Shown: positions 51,054-64,000 of the stretch, one piece after another
How the letters are laid out: each line of letters opens with the position of its first letter
How positions within the stretch are numbered: the first letter of the stretch is position 1
NCBI GenBank assembly: GCA_032718475.1
Contig: JAUCBJ010003471.1
Coordinates: 1-64,000 of the forward strand
From: Nemertoderma westbladi
Lineage: Eukaryota > Animalia > Xenacoelomorpha
Length of the DNA: 64,000 bases
Direction of reading: 5' to 3'
Notes under the pieces: generated by a model
Told to the model about the DNA's origin: nothing
The model's database searches: none
What the model saw: the letters and a program-made list of their open reading frames with translations, nothing else
Made by a program: the position numbers and the translations under genes

Positions 51054-52646
51054 CTAGCAGTCTGTAACATCTGATTTCTTGCCAACTACTTCCATACTAA
51101 TATTGTCTTCCGCTAAACACGAATTGGCTTTCCGTTTACCAACCACTCTGCTTTCCTCGATAAATGAGTGCTGGATAATATCAAATAGAACTGCGGTTGA
51201 ATGGAACCGGTAGAAAATGGGAAAAGGCAAAGTTGTATATCGTATGATAGCCCAGGTGCGTCGGTCGAAGTAGCTGAGAATTCCAGGATGGTAAATGGGT
51301 CTCTCCATCTCGCTAATGCTGTGCATCCAAAAACACAAGTTCAGAAAGAACACCAAAGTTATCAGTTGTTTGTCGCCACAATTACGGCGTCCCATTGGTC
51401 CGCATATGCGGTGACCACGTTTCATTGCTTCCAATAGAAAGATAGCCTGAATAGAGACTTGGAGAACTTCAAATATAAATATGGCGAGTGATGATGGGTT
51501 GAATGGGTTATCTGGAAGCACAAGAATGATAGCGTAGCAAATGGTAATTCCACTGGTAACAGTTATTAACAGAGAGAACAGAAGTAAAACAACGTCCATA
51601 AGTTCATGAAATTCCGCGTGTCGATGGTGAAACCTAATCAAACTCATAAGTACAATAACGATGGAGACTACAGACACAATCATTAGAGAAAGTAGAACTG
51701 CGTGGTAGATAGGTAGATATATGTAAATATTGTCAACACTAAGTAGAAATCTGCAACAGACAAGTAAGGCGAAATCGCCAATAACTATAGCAAATCCAGG
51801 AAGTAGGCCTCCTCGGTTGGATTTAACCAACTGTTTTACTACCTTCCAGTGCATTTTTACTCGGTAATTCGAGGAGCCAAAAGGTTTATTTACACCGATA
51901 TTCATCCACATCATAAGGAAGAAGCATGCGATGGCGACCTTGAACTCTATGGACATCGCGATTAGCGAGGCGTATGAATGGTCCACCAAATCCGATACAT
52001 CCTCCTGCAAGAGCCCAAAGAGACCCAATACATTATTCTGTTTGTGACTGTCGGCAACCCCTGCCATCGCTTCGGACGCAACCAAACCGAACCAACCGAT
52101 AATGTTGACGGACACGAGATGGAGGAGACAGAATCTCGAGGAAGTGGCTCGCGTTCGGGAGACACGCGTCTCGGAGTAGAGACACACAACCAGTGTCTGA
52201 ACGACGGCGAGTATGCCCTGCAGCACATACCACAACACATAAGTGATACCCTGGTGGAAGGATTCCCGAGTTAAGATAAGTACAGGTTTACGGACGCAGT
52301 GGATAACTTCCCCCAATCCGAACACAACTGTAGCTACTTTCAGATAAATGTTACCGGTGTGCGGGTCAAACGGGTTGTTGCCTTGTCTACGGTCTGGGTA
52401 GAGAACGCCCAGCAGATAGATTCCCGTTGCTATGCCCACAGATGTTATGATCAGTAAGAAAACGACAAGGTTATCCCAGAGACTCGGGTCCATGCTAGCC
52501 ATTATCACCATGGCAACCCCGAGAGAAGCAAGGAATCCCCCGTAAAAGACGCTGGTAGCTATTGACAGCCAAGTTGTAAAGTCATTGTCTGCCCTTCCCT
52601 TTACTGGAAGTGGTATTACGTCACCAACTGCTTCAGTATTCATCAT
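51054..52646 (-). CDS. Otopetrin-family proton channel, intronless
   Basis: About 530 aa from the first ATG (52646), ~12 hydrophobic segments; HTGNIYLKVATVVFGLG, MSIEFKVA..MMW and the C-terminal PFPIFYRFHS signature of otopetrins. Confidence 0.9.
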   Translation of the reverse strand: MMNTEAVGDVIPLPVKGRADNDFTTWLSIATSVFYGGFLASLGVAMVIMASMDPSLWDNLVVFLLIITSVGIATGIYLLGVLYPDRRQGNNPFDPHTGNIYLKVATVVFGLGEVIHCVRKPVLILTRESFHQGITYVLWYVLQGILAVVQTLVVCLYSETRVSRTRATSSRFCLLHLVSVNIIGWFGLVASEAMAGVADSHKQNNVLGLFGLLQEDVSDLVDHSYASLIAMSIEFKVAIACFFLMMWMNIGVNKPFGSSNYRVKMHWKVVKQLVKSNRGGLLPGFAIVIGDFALLVCCRFLLSVDNIYIYLPIYHAVLLSLMIVSVVSIVIVLMSLIRFHHRHAEFHELMDVVLLLFSLLITVTSGITICYAIILVLPDNPFNPSSLAIFIFEVLQVSIQAIFLLEAMKRGHRICGPMGRRNCGDKQLITLVFFLNLCFWMHSISEMERPIYHPGILSYFDRRTWAIIRYTTLPFPIFYRFHSTAVLFDIIQHSFIEESRVVGKRKANSCLAEDNISMEVVGKKSDVTDC

Positions 52647-53709
52647 TGTGATATGAGACAATAATTATAGTAAATCAATATAACAAAAAGCCTATATAAC
52701 ATTGAAGTAAATTAAAATGTAACAGATGGCCGCAGCCAGATTCAATTTAAGATTCATAAGCAGATCAATTTGATTGGCCGGCTCAGTTGGCTTATCACAT
52801 AGGCCTAGCATAATTCTAGTCTTACACATATACTACAGAAATCTGATTTGCAGGGCTTAGATATTATTAATGCAAAATGTAATTAAATTGTGGACTTTAC
52901 CACAAGTTCTTAGTTCAGTGTGCGCTGCATTGCATTTTGTTTCTAGGATTAAAAAATGCTGGTACCTTTTCACTTCGTCACACTAATTAGTATTTATCGT
53001 CAGCTACATTCGTTAGAGAGGCATCGAGTCATGACATGATGGACTGCAATATGTTACACTAGCAGCAAGACCATTGAAACACAAACCGGTATTAATTAGT
53101 ATTCATAGGTCACGTCATTGAGGGTGAGTTTCCCAAATCATGGCTTTGCTTCATTTAACACTGTGTTTAACTACTAGCGTAAATGCTTCGGTAAAGTTGA
53201 GTTCTATGAGTGGGTTTAATGAAATGTTAAATTCGTTCCTATCCCTCACCCGACCCATTCGGTGATTACAGCCATTCGAAAGACGACACCACACGGTACA
53301 CAATAGTATTTGAATTCCCCTCCCTTTATTGTTAATAATCGCAATTAATTTCATTGGCTGTTTATTTCACCTGGAATACTAAATAGTAGGTCAGAATAGA
53401 ATCAATTTTCTTGGAATTTTTTCAATTTACTATAATATTATTATAGAATTATTATTACAATATAATATTATTAATATAATAATATTATTAGACACGTCAC
53501 GTCATATAATATGTAATACTAATTAATAAGATGGTAATACAAATACAATAAGTAACAACTCATTCAACTCTGAAAGAATAGCCTTTTAGAGGTAAAATAT
53601 ACCTAGCAATTAATAACGTATGGAACATAAGTGTTGGTGTTTAGTCTATATAGAGCGGCAACCATTTGGTACCAAACTGAATATTCCAATTAGAGTCAAT
53701 AAACCGAAG

Positions 53710-54785
53710 TAATACCATGGTATACAGGCTATTCGATGTACCGTAATAATTAAATTACCCATGGTAAAAACCCTTTAGATCTGAATACTTCAACCATAAT
53801 AAATAGCTTTTAATATTACCCATGGTACACGACACCTCATTTCCAATATAGAATAATAATACCCATGGTACACCCCCTTTTAATATCCATGGTAAACCCC
53901 CTTTCCAATATAGAATAATAATACCCATGGTACACCCCCTTTTAATATCCATGGTACACCCCCTTTTAATATCCATGGTACACCCCCTTTCCAATATAGA
54001 ATAATACCCATGTTACACCCCCTTTCCATTATAGAATAATAATACCCATGGTACAGCCCCTTTCCTTGTGTCTGGTTTGTAATTCAGGGGCAATAGAAGA
54101 TGAACTAAACTTTTTATTGATATGTCCGGCTTACAGAGAACTCAGATCAGACAGAATATATAAAACGGCATTTCCACATAATCCCGACCGAATACAAATT
54201 TCGTAAACTACTTTTATCTCAGTCCAGACTTGAAATCAAAAATCTATATATTTTCACATATAAGGGATTTAAACTTCGTAATAACTTATTGGCGTAGATC
54301 TTTTCAAATTGTGTACTGTTATCGTTACTTTACAATCTTTTAGACAATCATTACTTTATTTCGGCGCTGGAGTTACAAACTGTAAATATGTTTAATAATT
54401 TGGTGTTCCATGTATCCTCCCTGTATCAGGTGCACTGTGCAGTTATTTATATTATGTATATTCAACTCACAGCCCGAATAGTGCTAGTTGCTTCTATTAA
54501 ACGAATTATGTTTGTTGTTCCAATATAGAATAATAATACCCATGGTACAGCCCCTTTCCAATATAGAATAATACCCACCCATGTTACACCACCTTTCCAA
54601 TATAGAATAATACCCATGGTACACCCCCTTTTAATATCCATGGTACACACCATTTCCAATATAGCATAATAATAATACCCATGGTACACCCCCTTTCCAA
54701 TATAGCATAATACTATCCGTGGTACACCGCCTTTCCAATATATTATAATAATATCCATGGTATACACCATTTCTAATCCATGTAG
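53710..54785. repeat. Degenerate ~24-39-bp tandem repeat interrupted by a LINE fragment; further copies at 55370-55445
   Basis: Unit AATACCCATGGTACACCCCCTTTCCAATATAGAAT. Confidence 0.85.
54066..54517 (+). mobile_element. 3' end of a LINE with a CCHC zinc knuckle (L1/Tx1/RTEX-like)
   Basis: Translation LCLVCNSGAIEDELNFLLICPAYRELR, the degenerate C-X2-C..ED..H...C motif; inserted in the middle of a repeat unit. Confidence 0.7.
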
Positions 54786-54945
54786 CATAACCGCCTACCC
54801 ATAATTTATTATTGGTTTATTAGAGGGTTGAGCACAGTGGCAGCAGATGATGGTATTAAACAGATGGGAGGCCACGAGGAGATTAATTGCGGACATACAA
54901 GGTATCGGGTAGTATAGTATTTCCAGGTCCAGGTTTACCTTTTAC

Positions 54946-55015
54946 CTGACCAGCTAGCTGAATGGTTAGAGCGTCAGATTTCCAACCCGGGGGTCTCCAG
55001 TTCGATCCCACCTGT
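54946..55015 (+). mobile_element. tRNA-like SINE head or tRNA pseudogene
   Basis: A-box-like TAGCTGAATGG and B-box-like GTTCGATCC; acceptor and anticodon stems do not pair well. Confidence 0.45.
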
Positions 55016-56156
55016 ATGTCATCTCCGACTTTGCAAAGCTGGACCCAAAAAAAGTTATAATAATGTGAAACAACTCATTCACCCATAACACCAATAGTAA
55101 ATTATAAAAATATACCGGACGCATTTCCCTATGCGTGTTACTGTTCAGCCTAAATTAGTAGTTACTAGAGTGTAGAATTAATCATTGTGGCCGTAATGGT
55201 TCATGATTAATATACGCCACCCTTTCGTTGTACCGAGTGGTTAAAGACGGCCAAGTAGCCTAGAGTTTAGGATTGAGCACAGTGGCAGCATATGATGATG
55301 GTAGTGACAGACGGGAGCTCATGAGGTGGTCAATTGCGGACATACAAGGTATAATTAAGAATTCCAAGGGTACACCCCCTTTCCATTATAGAATAATAAT
55401 ATCCATGGTAAACCCCATTTCCATTATAGAATAATAATACCCATGAAACAGATAATTTGAAAACTTCATAGCTAACCAATGTTGCAATGGGCCCAGATCC
55501 TAATGGAAAAATATCGGATAAAATACGCAGATGAGAAATAAAATAAATTTCGCCGACTCGGGAAATAGTTAGTGAACTATTTCAAGTCCTTTTAATCCAC
55601 TTTTATTAATAACTGCAATTATTGATTACCGATACCACCTTTGATTTGTTTCATTTCATACAAATAGATAAGGAAGAGGCAATAAGATAGCTATATTGAG
55701 TCTTCGATCATGTTGCATACACACATCGCTTTATTGTCGAAGGGTTGCCACACTTTATTTACCACTTTTCAATGTTATGTAATTGTTTCACAAAGTTTGC
55801 GGATTCTTTAGTCTCTAATTTAAGGAAGCCCTCCATAGGATTTTTGGCTAATTTGTGTTTATATAACTAACAAGCCGCCAATGGTGCAAACCTTAGACGT
55901 ATTGGTATTGGACTGAAATGTGGCTTCTCTGATCCTCGTATGTTGTCGGTAAATATGTGTAAAAATACAAAATGGTACATTAATGATAATAACATATACC
56001 TAATTAATGTGTGTAAGGAGCTGCTGAAGTGTAAAACAAATGAATTTTTCGTGCAGGGTTTCTCGGGTTTCTCGGACTCAGAATTGAATTATATGTTAAA
56101 ATTTGTGTTTGCACACGGTAATTTTTATTATTGCTTATTGTCAGTCAGTTTTTTGT

Positions 56157-59100
56157 CCAGCACTCGAAAACATTGAAAGATTCGAGAATGAAAGTCAGCA
56201 CTCAAAAACATTGAAAGATTCGAGAATGAAAGACAGCACTCCAAAACCTTGAAAGGTTCGAGAATGAAAGCCAGCACTCCAAAACCTTGAAAGGTTCGAG
56301 AATGAAAGTCAGCACTCCAAAACCTTGAAAGGTTCGATAATGAAAGTCAGCACTCCAAAACCTTGAAAAGTTCGAGAATGGAAGTCAACACTCCAAAACC
56401 TTGAAAGGATTGATAATGAAAGTCAGCACTCCAAAACCTTGAAAAGTTCGAGAATGGAAGTCAGCACTCCAAAACCTTGAAAGGATTGATAATGAAAGTC
56501 AGCACTCCAAAACCTTGAAGGGTTCGACAATGAAAGTCAGCACTCCAAAACCTTGAAATGATTGAGAATGAAAGTCAGCACTCCAAAACCTTGAAAGGTT
56601 CGAGACTGAAAGTCAGCACTCCAAAACCTTGAAAAGTTCGAGAATGAAAGACAGCACTCCAAAACCTTGAAAAGTTCGAGAATGGAAGTCAGCACTCCAA
56701 AACCTTGAAAAGTTCGAGAATGGAAGTCAGCACTCCAAAACCTTGAAAAGTTCGAGAATGGAAGTCAGCACTCCAAAACCTTGAAAAGTTCGAGAATGGA
56801 AGTCAGCACTCCAAAACCTTGAAAAGTTCGAGAATGAAAGTCAGCACTCCAAAACCTTGAAAGGTTCGATAATGAAAGTCAGCACTCCAAAACCTTGAAA
56901 AGTTCGAGAATGGAAGTCAGCACTCCAAAACCTTGAAAGGATTGATAATGAAAGTCAGCACTCCAAAACCTTGAAAAGTTCGAGAATGGAAGTCAACACT
57001 CCAAAACCTTGAAAGGATTGATAATGAAAGTCAGCACTCCAAAACCTTGAAAAGTTCGAGAATGGAAGTCAGCACTCCAAAACCTTGAAAGGATTGATAA
57101 TGAAAGTCAGCACTCCAAAACCTTGAAGGGTTCGACAATGAAAGTCAGCACTCCAAAACCTTGAAATGATTGAGAATGAAAGTCAGCACTCCAAAACCTT
57201 GAAAGGTTCGAGACTGAAAGTCAGCACTCCAAAACCTTGAAAAGTTCGAGAATGAAAGACAGCACTCCAAAACCTTGAAAAGTTCGAGAATGGAAGTCAG
57301 CACTCCAAAACCTTGAAAAGTTCGAGAATGGAAGTCAGCACTCCAAAACCTTGAAAAGTTCGAGAATGGAAGTCAGCACTCCAAAACCTTGAAAAGTTCG
57401 AGAATGGAAGTCAGCACTCCAAAACCTTGAAAAGTTCGAGAATGAAAGTCAGCACTCCAAAACCTTGAAAGGTTCGATAATGAAAGTCAGCACTCCAAAA
57501 CCTTGAAAAGTTCGAGAATGGAAGTCAGCACTCCAAAACCTTGAAAGGATTGATAATGAAAGTCAGCACTCCAAAACCTTGAAAAGTTCGAGAATGGAAG
57601 TCAGCACTCCAAAACCTTGAAAGGATTGATAATGAAAGTCAGCACTCCAAAACCTTGAAGGGTTCGACAATGAAAGTCAGCACTCCAAAACCTTGAAATG
57701 ATTGAGAATGAAAGTCAGCACTCCAAAACCTTGAAAGGTTCGAGACTGAAAGTCAGCACTCCAAAACCTTGAAAGGATTGAGAATGAAAGACAGCACTCC
57801 AAAACCTTGAAAGGATTGAGAATGAAAGACAGCACTCCAAAACCTTAAAGGTTCGAGAATGAAAGACAGCACTCCAAAACCTTAAAGGTTCGAGAATGAA
57901 TGTCAGCACTCCAAAACCTTGAAAAGTTCGAGACTGAAAGTCAGCACTCCAAAACCTTGAAAGGATTGAGAATGAAAGTCAGCACTCCAAAACCTTAAAG
58001 GTTCGAGAATGAATGTCAGCACTCCAAAACCTTGAAAAGTTCGAGACTGAAAGTCAGCACTCCAAAACCTTGAAAGGTTCGAGACTGAAAGTCAGCACTC
58101 CAAAACCTTGAAAGGTTCGAGACTGAAAGTCAGCACTCCAAAACCTTGAAGGGTTCGACAATGAAAGTCAGCACTCCAAAACCTTGAAATGATTGAGAAT
58201 GAAAGTCAGTACTCCAAAACCTTGAAGGTTCTAGAATGAAAGTCAGTACTCCAAAACCTTGAAGGTTCGAGAATGAAAGTCAGCACTCCAAAACCTTAAA
58301 GGTTCGAGAATGAAAGTCAGCACTCCAAAACCTTGAAAGGTTCGAGAATGAAAGTCAGCACTCCAAAACCTTGAAATGATTGAGAATGAAAGTCAGCACT
58401 CCAAAACCTTGAAATGTTCGAGAATGAAAGTCATCACTCCAAAACCTTGAAAGGATTGATACTGAAAGTCAGCACTCCAAAACCTTGAAAGGATTGATAC
58501 TGAAAGTCAGCACTCCAAAATCTTGAAAGGATTGAGAATGAATGTCAGCACTACAAAACCTTGAAAGGATTGATAATGAAAGTCAGCACTCCAAAACCTT
58601 GAAAGGTTCGAGAATGAAAGTCAGCACTCCAAAACCTTGAAAGGATTGATACTGAAAGTCAGCACTCCAAAACCTTGAAAGGATTGAGAATGAATGTCAG
58701 CACTCCAAAACCTTGAAATGATTGAGAATGAAAGTCAGTACTCCAAAACCTTGAAATGATTGAGAATGAAAGTCAGTACTCCAAAACCTTGAAAGGTTCG
58801 AGACTGAAAGTCAGCACTCCAAAACCTTGAAAGGTTCGAGAATGAAAGTCAGTACTCCAAAACCTTAAAGGTTCGAGAATGAAAGTCAGCACTCCAAAAC
58901 CTTGAAATGATTGAGAATGAAAGTCAGCACTCCAAAACCTTGAAAGGTTCGAGACTGAAAGTCAGCACTCCAAAACCTTGAAATTGTTCGAAAATGAAAG
59001 TCAGTACTCCAAAACCTTAAAGGTTCGAGAATGAAAGTCAGCACTCCAAAACCTTGAAAGGATTGAGAATGAATGTCAGCACTCCAAAACCTTGAAATGT

Positions 59101-62100
59101 TCGAGATTGAAAGTCAGCACTCCAAAACCTTGAAATTGTTCGAGAATGAAAGTCAGTACTCCAAAACCTTAAAGGTTCGAGAATGAAAGTCAGCACTCCA
59201 AAACCTTGAAATGTTCGAGAATGAAAGTCAGCACTCCAAAACCTTGAAATTGTTCGAGAATGAAAGTCAGTACTCCAAAACTTTAAAGGTTCGAGAATGA
59301 AAGTCAGCACTCCAAAACCTTGAAAGGAATGAGAATGAAAGTCAGCACTCCAAAACCTTGAAAGGATTGAGAATGAATGTCAGCACTCCAAAACCTTGAA
59401 AGGATTGATAATGAAAGTCAGCACTCCAATACCTTGAAAGGATTGAGAATGAATGTCAGCACTCCAAAACCTTGAAAGGATTGATAATGAAAGTCAGCAC
59501 TCCAAAACCTTGAAAGGTTCGAGAATGAAAGTCAGCACTCCAAAACCTTGAAATTGTTCGAGAATGAAAGTCAGTACTCCAAAACCTTGAAGGTTCGAGA
59601 ATGAAAGTCAGCACTCCAAAACCTTAAAGGTTCGAGAATGAAAGTCAGCACTCCAAAACCTTGAAATGTTCGAGAATGAAAGTCAGTACTCCAAAACCTT
59701 GAAGGTTCGAGAATGAAAGACAGCACTCCAAAACCTTGAAGGTTCGAGAATGAAAGTCAGCACTCCAAAACCTTAAAGGTTCGAGAATGAAAGTCAGCAC
59801 TCCAAAACCTTGAAGGTTCGAGAATGAAAGTCAGCACTCCAAAACCTTAAAGGTTCGAGAATGAAAGTCAGCACTCCAAAACCTTGAAGGTTCGAGAATG
59901 AAAGTCAGTACTCCAAAACCTTGAAAGGATTGAGAATGAATGTCAGCATTCCAATCCAAAACCTTGAATGGATTGATAATGAAAGTCAGCACTCCAAAAC
60001 CTTGAAAGGTTCGAGAATGAAAGTTAGCACTCCAAAACCTTGAAAGGTTCGAGAATGAAAGTCAGCACTCCAAAACCTTGAAAGGTTCGAGAATGAAAAT
60101 CAGCACTCCAAAACCTTGAAAGGATTGATAATGAAAGTCAGCACTCCAAAACCTTGAAAGGATTGATAATGAAAGTCAGCACTCCAAAACCTTGAAAGGT
60201 TCGAGAATGAAAGTCAGCACTCCAAAACCTTGAAAGGATTGATACTGAAAGTCAGCACTCCAAAACCTTGAAAGGATTGATACTGAAAGTCAGCACTCCA
60301 AAACTTTGAAAGGTTCGAGAATGAAAGTCAGCACTCCAAAACCTTGAAAGGATTGATACTGAAAGTCAGCACTCCAAAACCTTGAAAGGTTCGAGAATGA
60401 AAGTCAGCACTCCAAAACCTTGAAAGGATTGATACTGAAAGTCAGCACTCCAAAACCTTGCAAGGTTCGAGAATGAAAGTCAGCACTCCAAAACCTTGAA
60501 AGGTTCGAGAATGAAAGTCAGCACTCCAAAACCTTGAAAGATTCGAGAATGAAAGTCAGCACTCCAAAACCTTGAAATGATTGAGAATGAAAGTCAGCAC
60601 TCCAAAACCTTGAAAGGTTCGAGACTGAAAGTCAGCACTCCAAAATCTTGAAAGGACTGAGAATGAATGTCAGTACTCCAAAACCTTGAAGGGTTCGAGA
60701 ATGAGAGTCAGCACTCCAAAACCTTGAAAGGTTCGAGAATGAAAGTCAGCACTCCAAAACCTTGAAGGTTCGAGAATGAAAGACAGCACTCCAAATTCTT
60801 GAAAGGTTCGAGACTGAAAGTCAGCACTCCAAAATCTTGAAATGTTCGAGAATGAAAGTCAGCACTTCAAAACATTGAAAGGATTGAGAATGCAAGTCAG
60901 CACTCCAAAACCTTGAAATGTTCGAGACTGAAAGTCAGCACTCCAAAACCTTGAAGGGTTCGAGACTGAAAGTCAGCACTCCAAAACCTTGAAGGGTTCG
61001 AGACTGAAAGTCAGCACTCCAAAACCTTGAAAGGATTGATAATGAAAGTCAGCACTCCAAAACCTTGAAAGGTTCGAGACTGAAAGTCAGCACTCCAAAA
61101 CCTTGAAATTGTTCGAAAATGAAAGTCAGCACTCCAAAACCTTGAAGGGTTCGAGACTGAAAGTCAGCACTCCAAAACCTTGAAGGGTTCGAGACTGAAA
61201 GTCAGCACTCCAAAACCTTGAAAGGATTGATAATGAAAGTCAGCACTCCAAAACCTTGAAGGGTTCGAGACTGAAAGTCAGCACTCCAAAACCTTGAAGG
61301 GTTCGAGACTGAAAGTCAGCACTCCAAAACCTTGAAAGGATTGATAATGAAAGTCAGCACTCCAAAACCTTGAAATTGTTCGAAAATGAAAGTCAGCACT
61401 CCAAAACCTTGAAGGGTTCGAGACTGAAAGTCAGCACTCCAAAACCTTGAAAGGATTGATAATGAAAGTCAGTACTCCAAAACATTGAAAGGATTGATAA
61501 TGAAAGTCAGCACTCCAAAACCTTGAAAGGTTCGAAACTGAAAGTCAGCACTCCAAAACCTTGAAAGGTTCGAGACTGAAAGTCAGCACTCCAAAACCTT
61601 GAAAAGTTCGAGAATGGAAGTCAGCACTCCAAAACCTTGAAAAGTTCGAGAATGAAAGTCAGCACTCCAAAACCTTGAAAGGTTCGATAATGAAAGTCAG
61701 CACTCCAAAACCTTGAAAAGTTCGAGAATGGAAGTCAGCACTCCAAAACCTTGAAAGGATTGATAATGAAAGTCAGCACTCCAAAACCTTGAAAAGTTCG
61801 AGAATGGAAGTCAGCACTCCAAAACCTTGAAAGGATTGATAATGAAAGTCAGCACTCCAAAACCTTGAAGGGTTCGACAATGAAAGTCAGCACTCCAAAA
61901 CCTTGAAATGATTGAGAATGAAAGTCAGCACTCCAAAACCTTGAAAGGTTCGAGACTGAAAGTCAGCACTCCAAAACCTTGAAAGGATTGAGAATGAAAG
62001 ACAGCACTCCAAAACCTTGAAAGGATTGAGAATGAAAGACAGCACTCCAAAACCTTAAAGGTTCGAGAATGAAAGACAGCACTCCAAAACCTTAAAGGTT

Positions 62101-64000
62101 CGAGAATGAATGTCAGCACTCCAAAACCTTGAAAAGTTCGAGACTGAAAGTCAGCACTCCAAAACCTTGAAAGGATTGAGAATGAAAGTCAGCACTCCAA
62201 AACCTTAAAGGTTCGAGAATGAATGTCAGCACTCCAAAACCTTGAAAAGTTCGAGACTGAAAGTCAGCACTCCAAAACCTTGAAAGGTTCGAGACTGAAA
62301 GTCAGCACTCCAAAACCTTGAAAGGTTCGAGACTGAAAGTCAGCACTCCAAAACCTTGAAGGGTTCGACAATGAAAGTCAGCACTCCAAAACCTTGAAAT
62401 GATTGAGAATGAAAGTCAGTACTCCAAAACCTTGAAGGTTCTAGAATGAAAGTCAGTACTCCAAAACCTTGAAGGTTCGAGAATGAAAGTCAGCACTCCA
62501 AAACCTTAAAGGTTCGAGAATGAAAGTCAGCACTCCAAAACCTTGAAAGGTTCGAGAATGAAAGTCAGCACTCCAAAACCTTGAAATGATTGAGAATGAA
62601 AGTCAGCACTCCAAAACCTTGAAATGTTCGAGAATGAAAGTCATCACTCCAAAACCTTGAAAGGATTGATACTGAAAGTCAGCACTCCAAAACCTTGAAA
62701 GGATTGATACTGAAAGTCAGCACTCCAAAACCTTGAAAGGATTGAGAATGAATGTCAGCACTACAAAACCTTGAAAGGATTGATAATGAAAGTCAGCACT
62801 CCAAAACCTTGAAAGGTTCGAGAATGAAAGTCAGCACTCCAAAACCTTGAAAGGATTGATACTGAAAGTCAGCACTCCAAAACCTTGAAAGGATTGAGAA
62901 TGAATGTCAGCACTCCAAAACCTTGAAATGATTGAGAATGAAAGTCAGTACTCCAAAACCTTGAAAGGTTCGAGACTGAAAGTCAGCACTCCAAAACCTT
63001 GAAAGGTTCGAGAATGAAAGTCAGTACTCCAAAACCTTAAAGGTTCGAGAATGAAAGTCAGCACTCCAAAACCTTGAAATGATTGAGAATGAAAGTCAGC
63101 ACTCCAAAACCTTGAAAGGTTCGAGAATGAAAGTCAGTACTCCAAAACCTTAAAGGTTCGAGAATGAAAGTCAGCACTCCAAAACCTTGAAAGGATTGAG
63201 AATGAATGTCAGCACTCCAAAACCTTGAAATGTTCGAGATTGAAAGTCAGCACTCCAAAACCTTGAAATTGTTCGAGAATGAAAGTCAGTACTCCAAAAC
63301 CTTAAAGGTTCGAGAATGAAAGTCAGCACTCCAAAACCTTGAAATGTTCGAGAATGAAAGTCAGCACTCCAAAACCTTGAAATTGTTCGAGAATGAAAGT
63401 CAGTACTCCAAAACTTTAAAGGTTCGAGAATGAAAGTCAGCACTCCAAAACCTTGAAAGGAATGAGAATGAAAGTCAGCACTCCAAAACCTTGAAAGGAT
63501 TGAGAATGAATGTCAGCACTCCAAAACCTTGAAAGGATTGATAATGAAAGTCAGCACTCCAAAACCTTGAAAGGATTGAGAATGAATGTCAGCACTCCAA
63601 AACCTTGAAAGGATTGATAATGAAAGTCAGCACTCCAAAACTTTGAAAGGTTCGAGAATGAAAGTCAGCACTCCAAAACCTTGAAATTGTTCGAGAATGA
63701 AAGTCAGTACTCCAAAACCTTGAAGGTTCGAGAATGAAAGTCAGCACTCCAAAACCTTAAAGGTTCGAGAATGAAAGTCAGCTCTCCAAAACCTTGAAAT
63801 GTTCGAGAATGAAAGTCAGTACTCCAAAACCTTGAAGGTTCGAGAATGAAAGACAGCACTCCAAAACCTTGAACGTTCGAGAATGAAAGTCAGCACTCCA
63901 AAACCTTAAAGGTTCGAGAATGAAAGTCAGCACTCCAAAACCTTGAAGGTTCGAGAATGAAAGTCAGCACTCCAAAACCTTAAAGGTTCGAGAATGAAAG
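56157..64000. repeat. 38-bp satellite with higher-order structure, runs off the window end
   Basis: Consensus GAAAGTCAGCACTCCAAAACCTTGAAAGGTTCGAGAAT, about 200 copies; identical ORF-track hits recur 4210 and 4133 bp apart. Confidence 0.98.

Noticed and set aside
52647-52661. ORF-track start of otopetrin
   Set aside because: It is a TTG; the first ATG is at 52646, although an upstream exon cannot be excluded.
54946-55015. Functional tRNA gene
   Set aside because: A and B boxes are present but the cloverleaf stems do not pair; treated as a SINE head or pseudogene.
56157-64000. CRISPR-like look (constant block plus variable block) and short ORFs
   Set aside because: The variable parts are point variants of one unit, not unique spacers; no cas genes; eukaryotic context; the ORFs are repeat translations.

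Overview
AT-rich eukaryotic (animal, probably bilaterian invertebrate) genomic DNA; no prokaryotic features or CRISPR. All recognisable genes are on the minus strand: intronless RPS6 (1850-2575), six-exon ERGIC3 (6078-12131), two tandem intronless class A GPCR paralogues (16361-17563, 20427-21611) from a local duplication that also copied ERGIC3 fragments, the last seven coding exons of CSTF3/CstF-77 (23508-32022), and an intronless otopetrin-like channel (51054-52646) that appears to lie inside a >32 kb CSTF3 intron. The rest is non-autonomous DNA transposons with long TIRs (several with visible TSDs), LINE/SINE fragments and tandem arrays (36/37, 23, ~147, ~29, 17, ~36 and 38 bp units). Most notable: (1) an intronic ~147-bp-period array whose units carry same-orientation CTCF-like core plus upstream motifs; (2) about 48 tandem copies of an ERGIC3 exon end plus its 5' splice site; (3) a branch-point-like tandem array just upstream of a CSTF3 acceptor. 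Everything was read by eye; no searches were run and repeat boundaries and copy numbers are approximate.
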